64,000 nucleotides of DNA. Source: an uncultured Propionibacteriaceae bacterium. Lineage in GTDB: Bacteria > Actinomycetota > Actinomycetes > Propionibacteriales > Propionibacteriaceae. Below the pieces are notes generated by a model, which worked only from the letters and a program-made list of their open reading frames with translations, was not told the origin of the DNA and did no database searches. A program made the translations under genes and the position numbers. Below, piece by piece: positions 12,001 to 21,000 of this stretch. Position 1 is the first letter of the stretch; each line of letters starts with the position of its first letter. The stretch is taken from the NCBI GenBank assembly GCA_964585085.1, contig CAZPCM010000001.1:29500-93499 (forward strand), read 5' to 3'.

Positions 12001-15000
12001 ATGGTCGCCGTGGCCGAGGCCAGCACCACGTTGGTCGCGATCTGCCCGCCGACCGCCAGCACGGTTCCGCTGCCGTAGAAGCTGCCGCCCGACGCGGTGA
12101 CGTTGAGCAGGCCTTGCGCCTGCAGCCAGGCGTTCTCGATCGCGCTGACCTCGACCGAGGCGGCGGTGACGTCGGCGTTGCTGATCCGCGCCGCCACGTT
12201 CGAGCGCAGATCGTTCATCACGACGAGGATGCCCACCGCGCGTGCATCGGAGTTGGTGAAGTTGCCGATGCCGGGGTAGTACTGCCCGACGTTATTGCTG
12301 TCGCCGACGATCCGCTCCCACAGCAGGGTGTCGGTGTAGGTGGCCGCGCCGAGGTCGACCAGGGCGTCCGCGCCGAGGTACTGGTACACGTCGCCGACCA
12401 CGACACCGACGCCGGAGTAGCTGGAGCCGATCCGGACGTAGTCGCCGGCCTCGAGCGAGCGCACCCCGGAGGCGGTGGTGAAGTCGTAGTCGCCGGGGAC
12501 GAGGACCTGGTTGACGATCTCGACGATCCCCTCCATGGTGTTCCCGGTCGTCACGTCCTGCACCACGGTGCTGGAGGCATTGATCCCGGCGTCGTCGCGG
12601 GCCGCCACGGTGACCGGGCCGCCGGCGTCGATGGTGCCTTGGGCTCCGGTGAACTCGATGAAGGCCTCGGCGCCGCTGGAGACCTTGTTGGAGGCCAGGA
12701 TTCCGCCGCCGGCCAGACCGCTGGCACCGTAGCCCTCGGTCTTGCTTGAGGTCTTGCCCGTCTTGGCATCGGTGGAGGTGGTGGTGGTCTGGGCGCCGGT
12801 GAACAGCAGGTCGAGGACGGCCTCGACGACGTTCTCGTTGCCTGCCACCGCGTTCAGCTGGGACGCCGAGGTCGCGGTCACCGAGATCGCGCCGCCGGCG
12901 TCTACCGTGGTGTCGCGGATGTACGCCAGCGCGTCGGAGGGCTGCTCGCCATTGAAGGCCGTGGAGATCAGCGGGTCGCCGAGCAGCGCGTCGAGGGCCT
13001 GGAACAGGATGTTCGACGGCTTCCAGCCGATCGAGTTGAACGCCACCACCGCGCTGATCGCCGTCCACGCCTCGATCGATGAGTAGGCGCTGGCATCGAT
13101 CTGGGCAACGTTCTCAGCCTGGACGGAGAGGTCGCCGCTGGTCGTGATCGTGCTGTCGACGATGTGCGCGTCGGCATCAGCCAACACCGTGTTGGTCACG
13201 ATAACCGCGCCGAATCCCCCCCAGGGGACGATGACGCTCTCGTCGCTGACGGCGATGCTGCCCAGCCCGAGGGCCTGGACGCTCACCGACGCGGCGGTCA
13301 GGTCGACCTTGCGCAGGTACGCCTCCACCACCGAGCGGACGTCGTTGTAGTCGACCAGCCCGTAGTAGGAGGTGGACGACCCGACCAGCCCATCCTTCTT
13401 CAACGCCGTGCCGGCTTCGGAGAGGACCGCGTAGGTCACCGAACCGTTGATCAGGTTGGTGGGGGTGAGTTCCTTCCAGAGCTCGAAGTCGCTGTAGTCC
13501 TGGGTCCCCAGGTCGACCGAGCTGCCGTCCAGACCCATCCACTCGAAGACCTTGCCGGCAGCATCGAAGGCCGGGTCGACCACGTACGTGCCGGCGAAGT
13601 CCTCGGCGACCCGCACCTTGTCCCCGAACACCAGGCTCTTGACGCCGGACCGGTTGGTGTAGTTGTACTGGTCGAGCAGCAGTTGGGCGAAGTTGTTGAT
13701 GATGCCCGCCCCGGCGTCGTTGGTCGGCGAGACCTCCCCGTACATCGCGGTGTTCGCGGTGATGACGGACGAGTTCACGGCGATCACCTCGACGGCTCCG
13801 CCGGCGCTCACGGGCAACAGACTCGTCGAGGACGTTTCCGGAGCCACGTACGCGCTGGCCTTCGCGGAGACCTTGTTGCTGGAGACGACCATCCCGACGC
13901 TGGTGCCGCCGGCACCGAAGAGGGCGGCCGGCGCTGAGGTCGCCGCGTTCGAGACCAGCGCGTTGATCTGCGCATCGGTGGTGGCGCTGACCAGGATGTC
14001 ACCGGCAACCGTGAGCGGTGTCCCGGTGATGAAGGCCAGCGTCGCCACCGGGTTCTCACCGTCGTAGGCGTCCGAGATCAGCGGGTCGCCGATGAGCGCA
14101 TCGATCAGCGCGAAGAAGGTCGGCGACGGGTTCCACCCGACGGTGTTGAACGCGAGGACGAGCCCGACGGACTTGGCACCCGAGGCGGCCGCCACGAGGT
14201 TCGTGGCGTCGATGACCGAGAGGTTCTCCGCCGAGACCGCGAGGTCGCCGCTGGTGTTCTCGTTCGCGGCTGTCGCCGGGTCGTCGGTGCGCGTGGTCAC
14301 GGTGCTGTCGGTGATGGACGCCGTGGCGCTGCCGAGCACCCGGTTGGTGGCGATCACGGCCGAAATCGCGGACGACGTGCCCTGGCCGTCCCAGGAGCTT
14401 CCACCCGACGACGAGGTAGTCACGTCTGCGACGGCGCGGATGACGGCCTGCTCCACAGCACGCACCTCGACGCTGCCCGCAGTCACCGTCGAGTCGACCA
14501 CGGACGACTCCACAGTGCTCACCACGTCGTTGAGCACGATCGTGCCGCCCATGGCGCTGGAGTCCGAGTTGGTGATGTTGAAGGTCGGGAAGATCTGCGT
14601 CTCGGCAACCGGTCGCCAGTAGCCCAGGTCGGTGTAGTTCTGGGTGGCCAGGTTCACGTTGGTCGCAGTCTGGCCCAGGTACTCATAAACGGTGCCCGCG
14701 GTACCGGCGAGCTCGGTCCACAACGACGCGTCGCCGAAGTCGGTGGAGTTGATGTCGATCGTCGCGTCCGGCCCGAGATAGGCGTACACGCCCCCGGCGT
14801 TCCCGCCGACGGGCTTCCACAGCGAGGTGTCGCGGTAGTCCACCGACCCGAGGTCGAGACGAGCGTTCGGACCCACATAGCGGTACGTGACGCCCCAGTC
14901 GCCGCCGGCGAGGTACCCATCCTCGACCGTGACGTTGTCGCCCAGGGTGAGCAGTCGGATCCCCGACGCCGTGGTGAGGGTGGAAGCCGCGTAGCCGGCA

Positions 15001-18000
15001 TGCAGTTCGACGTTGTGACCAGCCGTCAACGCCACCGGCTGAAGGCCGATGCTGCTCGTGGTCGCGACCGGCGAGCCGAAGTTCGAGTCGATCCGCACCC
15101 GATCGCCGAAGCTGAGCACGGAGGCGATCTCGGAACTGGCGAAGTCGGCGTCCACGGAGCTCTTGATCTGGCCGCTGATCACGTCGATGGCCCCGCTGTT
15201 GGTGGTGACCGAGGAGCCGACGATCTTGACGTTGGAGTACACGCCCGCGTCGTCGGAGGCGAGGACGGTCATCGCGCCACCGGCGGTGACCTGCGACCGC
15301 TCGACCAGGGCTTCGGCGCGGCTGGAGACCTTGTTGCTGGCGAAGATCGCGTTCTTGGTGCCTCCGGTCACCAGGAACAGCCCGTCCGCGGCGGAGCTGG
15401 CCGCGTTCGACACCGTCGCGTTGAGGATGGCCGCGTTCACGGCGCTGACGGTGAGGTCGCCGGTGAGGACGACCTCGGAGTCGATCAGCGACGCGATCGC
15501 TGCCGCGGGCCGGGTCTCGTCCGCCGGTGACTGCCCGAGGAAGGTGTCGAGGGTGTTCTCGAAGATGTTCTGCGGCTTCCAGCCCAGCAGGTTGAACGCG
15601 AGCGTCGCCCCGAGGGCCGTGGTGGTCGTTGCGGCCGTGGACAGCAGCGTCGCGTCGATGCCCGAGCGGTTGGCGGCCTCGACGGTCAGCGACGCGGCCT
15701 CGACCGAAGAGTCGGTCACCGACGCCGTGGCGGTCGCGAGCACCACGTTGGTGACGATCTGGATGCTCTTGGCCGAGCCGTTGAACAGCAGGCCCAGCAG
15801 GAAGCCGAACCCGATCGGCGAATCGCTCAGGGCGCCAACCGTGCTGGTCGCCTCGGCAGTGAGAAGGGCGTCCTCGATCGCCGACACGGTGACATCGCCG
15901 CCCGCGTCGACCTGGGCGTTGGCCAGGGTCGCCGTCACGTCGCCGCGGACGTCGTTCATCGCCACCAGGATGCCCATGGCCTTCGCCTTGGACAGGGTGA
16001 TGCTGCCGATGCCGGGGTAGAGGCTTTCGAGGTTGTCCGCGCCTGCCTCCAGCCGGTCCCACAGCAGGGTGTCGCCGTAGTTCGCCGAGCCGAGCGGCAC
16101 GACCGTCCCGGTCGCCCCGAGGAACTCGTACACCGAACCGGCGAGTCCGCCGCCGGCGTAGCCGGCGCCGAGGCGGACGCGATCACCCTGCACCAGGGTC
16201 TGCGTCCCTGACGCTGTCGTGTAGTCGTAGTCGTTCGGCAGGAGCTCGTCGTTGACGGTCTGGATCAGCTTGGTGGGGTCGTTCTGGGCCTCGGCGGACT
16301 GGACCAGAACGATGCTGGAGTTGATGCCGGCGGCGTCCTTGGACTGGATCGTGACGTCGCCGCCGGCGGTGACCTCGCCACCGGCGAGGGTGAAGGCGAT
16401 GGCGGCCTGGGCCTGGCTGGAGACCTTGTTGGACGCAAGGATCAGGCCGGTGACCGATGCGTTCTGGCCGAACCCGGTGACTGATCCCTGCTGCCCGGCT
16501 TCGGGGAGGACGACGCCCGCGATCGCGGCGACGTTGTTCGCGTTCTCCGCGGACGCGTTGATCTGCGTGGCCGAGGTGGCCCGGACGCTGATGCTGCCGG
16601 CGATGTCGAGAGCGGAGTCGGTGACCTGGGCGAGAGCCTGAGCCGGTTGTTCGCTCCCCCAGTCCTGGGTCTTGCCGAGGAAGGCCTCGATGGCGCCGAA
16701 GACGATGTTGGTCGGGGTCCATCCGATCGAGTTGAACGCCAGGATGGCACTGGTGCCGTCCCCGTCCTCGATCCGGGTGGTGGCGGTCGCGTCGATCCGT
16801 CCGTTCTGGTCGGCGCTGACGGAGAGGTCACCGCCGGCCGTGGTGGTGATCGGGCTGCTGGTGACGAGGGCCTCGGCAGTGGAAAGGACCACGTTGCTGA
16901 CGATGACTGCACCGCTACCGCCGCCGGAAACCTCACTGGAGTCGTTGGCGACGATGGACGCGGCATCGGCGGCGGTCACCGCGACGGCTCCCGCGGCGGC
17001 GATCTCGGTGCCGGCGATCGAGGCGACCACGGCGGAGTTCACGGTGTTGGTCGTCAAGAGGACGAACGTGGTGCTGCCCGCACCACCCAGGAACAAGGTC
17101 TGCAGCCACACCGCACGGCTGGCCAGATCCTCGTAGCTCATCGAGTCGTTGACGAGGTTGGTGGGGGTCAGTTCTTTCCAGAGCGCGTAGTCGGTGTAGT
17201 CGGTGCCCGCGAGGTTGATCGCCTGGGGGGTACCCATCCACTGGTACACCCGCCCCGCCGCGGCGGCGTTGCCGTAGTCGTCGGCCACCCGAACGCGGTC
17301 GCCGAAGGCGAGGTTCTGGGTGCCGGAGTTGCTGGTGTACTCGTAATCGCCGAGAACGTCGGCGGCCCATTGGTTGAGGATGCCGGAGGCGGCATCACTG
17401 TCCGAGGAGACCTCGGAGCTGAGGGTGCTGGTCGAGTCGATGGTGGCGTTGTTGTGAGCTTCCACCGTGACACCGGCGGCGATGACCAGGTCGACGCGGC
17501 GCCAGTCTGCGGAGCTGAAGTCTTCGTTGGCCAGTCCGCCGGCCGGGGGCGCGCGTCCGGCTCCGACGAACTCGTAGACCTCGCCGGCGGACAGCCGGAC
17601 CCGATCGCCGGGAGCCAGCAGCGCCGGGTTGGACGCCAACGTCAGGTCGCCGGGCAGGTCGCTGTCGATGATGGAGGCGTTGGCGCCGCTGCTGACCCGA
17701 TTCGCGGTGAGCACGCCAGCGGCGTTCATGGCGCCGAACCCGAACAGAGTCGCCGGCGCTGAGGTCGCGTCGTTGCCGACCGAGGCGCGGATCGTCGCCG
17801 CGGTGACGGCGGTCACGTGGACGACGCCGCCAGCCGTGACCGGGCTGTTCGCCAGCGTGGCGTTCGATTCGACCGGAGTCTCGCCGCTGAACGCCTCGTT
17901 CTGGATCAGCGGGTCGCCGATCAGCGCGTCGACGGTGGCGAAGAACACGTTGGTGGGCTGCCAGCCGATGGTGTTGAAGGCCAGGATCACGCCGATGGCC

Positions 18001-21000
18001 GTAGCGCTTCCGGCCATCGCCGCGCGCACCGAGGCCTGGATCTCGGCGACGTTGCTGGCATCCACCACGATGTCGCCGGTCGCGCTCACGACACTGTTGG
18101 CGACTGTTGCCGACGCCCCGCCCAGCACCCGGTTCGTCGCGATGATGCCGTTGGCCGCCAGCGCCAGCCCGCCGCTGAACGAACTGCCGCCCGAGGCGGT
18201 GGCGGTCACGTCCACGTCGGCCCGGACGAAGGCTTGCTCCAGTGCCTGTACCAGCAGGTCGTGTACCTCGATCTCGGCGTCGGTGACGGAGGCCGCCACG
18301 TCGCTGCGGACGTCATTGAGCACGACCACGGCCGCGACCGCGACAGAGGGCGAGGTGGTGACGTTGAAACCCTGGGGGAAGTAGTCGGTGGCGCCGACCG
18401 GCTTCCAGTAGCCGAGATCCTCGTAATCGGCGGTGAGGAGGTCGACCAGCGTCGGCGTGTTCGGGCCCATCCACTGGTAGACACTCCCGTCCGCCAGCAC
18501 CGTGTCCCCGAACACCAGGCTCTGCAGGCCGTCGCTGCTCTCGTAGGTCGGATCGATGAGGAGATCGAGGACGGTGCCCAGCGCGTGGACGCCGCCGTCG
18601 TTGGTGGTGACCGAGGACGCCACCAACTTGACGTTGGAGTAGATGCCGGCCGCGTCGTCGGCCAGCACCGACAGGGCTCCTCCGGCCGTCAGGTTGACGC
18701 GCTGCGAGGTCGTGGAGTCGACCAGCGCACGGGCTGCGCTGCTGATCTTGTTGCTGGCCAGAACCGCACCGGCCCCGGCCGAGAAGGTGCCGAACATCCC
18801 GGCCGCGGTCGAGGAGGCGGTGTTGCTGACCGTGGCGTTGATCACCTCGGCGCTGCGCGCCGAGATCGTGAGGTCGGCGTCGGCGGTCAGGTCGGAGTCG
18901 ATCGCGGAGGCGGTGACGTCCCAGGTCTCCTCGCTGCCGGCGCCGAAGTCGGTGCCGAGCAGGGCGTCGATGGCGCCGAGAAAGGCGCTCAACGCGGTGT
19001 GGGTGACGGCCCAGCCGATGAAGTTCACCGCTAGCGCGACGCCAAGGGTGAGCTTGGGCAGGAGCTCCAGTGCGGACGTGCCGGTGGCGGCGACCGCGCT
19101 GACCTGAGAGGTGGCGTCGATCAGAGCCTGCTCGGCGAGGGCCGCGACGAGGACGTCGGCGGCGTCGACGGTGCTGCCGATGACCGCCGCCGACACGTCC
19201 CCACGGAGCACGTTGGCCGCGAACAGAGCCGCGACGGCCGCGACGTCGGTGGTGATGAGCGCGCCGGGATTCAGGGCGATCGACGCCGCGGTGGTGTCAG
19301 AGACCAGGGTCGCGTCGGCGAGTGCCCGCACCGCCACGTCGCCGAGGGCGTCGATGCTGGAGTTCTCGACGGCGGCGCGGACGGTGCGGTCCAGCAGGTT
19401 CCACGCCAGCGCTGCGGTGGCGGTGACCAGCGGGGTGCCGGGGACGAGGATCTGGTCGCCGGCGTGGGCCCGCAGGGTGGACAGGTCCTGCGCGGTGATC
19501 GCGACGCCGCCGGTGCCGGCGGTGACGGTGCTGCCGGTCACCGACGCGAGGGTCTGACCGGTGACGTCGTTGCGCGCGTCCTTCGCGCTGGCCTCGAAGC
19601 TGCCGGACGTGGTGGCGTTGATCTCCAGCCCGCCGACGTTCAGCGCGGCGCCGGTCAACGAGGCCACCGCGTCGTCGACGGGGACGGTGTGGCGGGCGAT
19701 GCCGACCAGGTCGGAGGTGACGGTGCTCTCGATCGTTCCCTGGTTCCGTGCCCGGACGGCCACGACGCCGGTGCTCACGACGTCCGCGGCCAGGGTGGCC
19801 CGGGTGTCACGCGAGAGCGTGACCAGCGCCTGGAGGTTGTCGAAGCTGAACTGCGCCCCGGAGTTGACGCCCGGGACCAGCGTGCCGAGCCGGTCCGCGC
19901 TGCCGTCGGCGATGGTGATGGCGACCGAGGTGTCGTCCAGCGCCGAGACCAGCACGGTGGCCGGCTCGGTGCCGGAGATGGGAGTGCCGCCCACGGTGAG
20001 GGTCGCGCCGTCGAGGATCCGCGCCGTGGTGGAGTTCGTCACAGCCACGTTCACCGTCGCGTCAACGGACAGCGGCCCGACCCCGAACCAGGGGGTGGTG
20101 GTCGGGGCCGTGCCGACGTAGACGACATCGACGAGGGTCTGGGCGATGGCCTGCAGGGTTGCGGCCACGATGCTCGCGGTACCCGTGATCTCGGCCAGGG
20201 CGTTCGAGGTGAGCGCGATGCTCACCGGGCCAGAGGCGATCTGGGCGAGCAGGTTCACCGTCTGCTCGGTGGTCGCCCGCACGATCACGTCGCGCCCGGT
20301 GATCGAGCCGTTCACCTGGGCAGTGGCCGACAGGTTCGTCGTCGTCGCGCCGACCGGGTTGGACGCCCGTGCGTCGAGGGTGACGTCGCCAGTGGTGACG
20401 AGAGACCCGTCGACGACGATCGTCTCGGCCGTGATGGTCACCGGGATGGCGCCGAAGTCCAGGACCCCGAACGTGTTCGCGACCGTGACCGAGTCCAGGC
20501 CGTCCAGACCGTCGACGAGCAGTGAGACCGACGGCCGTTCGAAGTCGATGGTCTCGAAGGTGACTCCGGAGAAGGTGAACCAACCCGGCAGGGTGACGTG
20601 GGCGGTCAAGGTCGCGACGTCGTCGCCGAGGGAGCCGTTCACGGTCAGGTTGGTGGGGCCGGTGATCGAGATGGGCTCAAGGCCGGTGTAGGCGTAACGG
20701 ACTCCGTCGATCGCGATCACGCCGGAGTGCGGGTCGTAGGCGAGCGCCGAGACCGAACCGCCCGCGGCGTCCAGAGCCAGGCTGTCGTAGCCGCCCGCAC
20801 CCCCGTCGACGACTCCGGCGATCCGGCCGCCGCGAGCGAAGGCGAAGGTGTCTTGGTTGTTCTCGGCGCCGGTCAGGTTCTCGAAGCCCTCGAAGGCCAC
20901 CCCGGCGACCGATCCTGCGCCGTCACCGGTCACCTGCCACGTCTGGTCGCCCGACGGGCCGACGAGGGTGTCGACGCCGCCGCCGCCCAGCACCCGCAGC

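Noticed and set aside
15939-19205. RGD tripeptides in the giant protein (15939-15947 and 19197-19205)
   Set aside because: They occupy the module position otherwise filled by NDVRSD/NDLRSN, so they are probably structural rather than integrin-binding.
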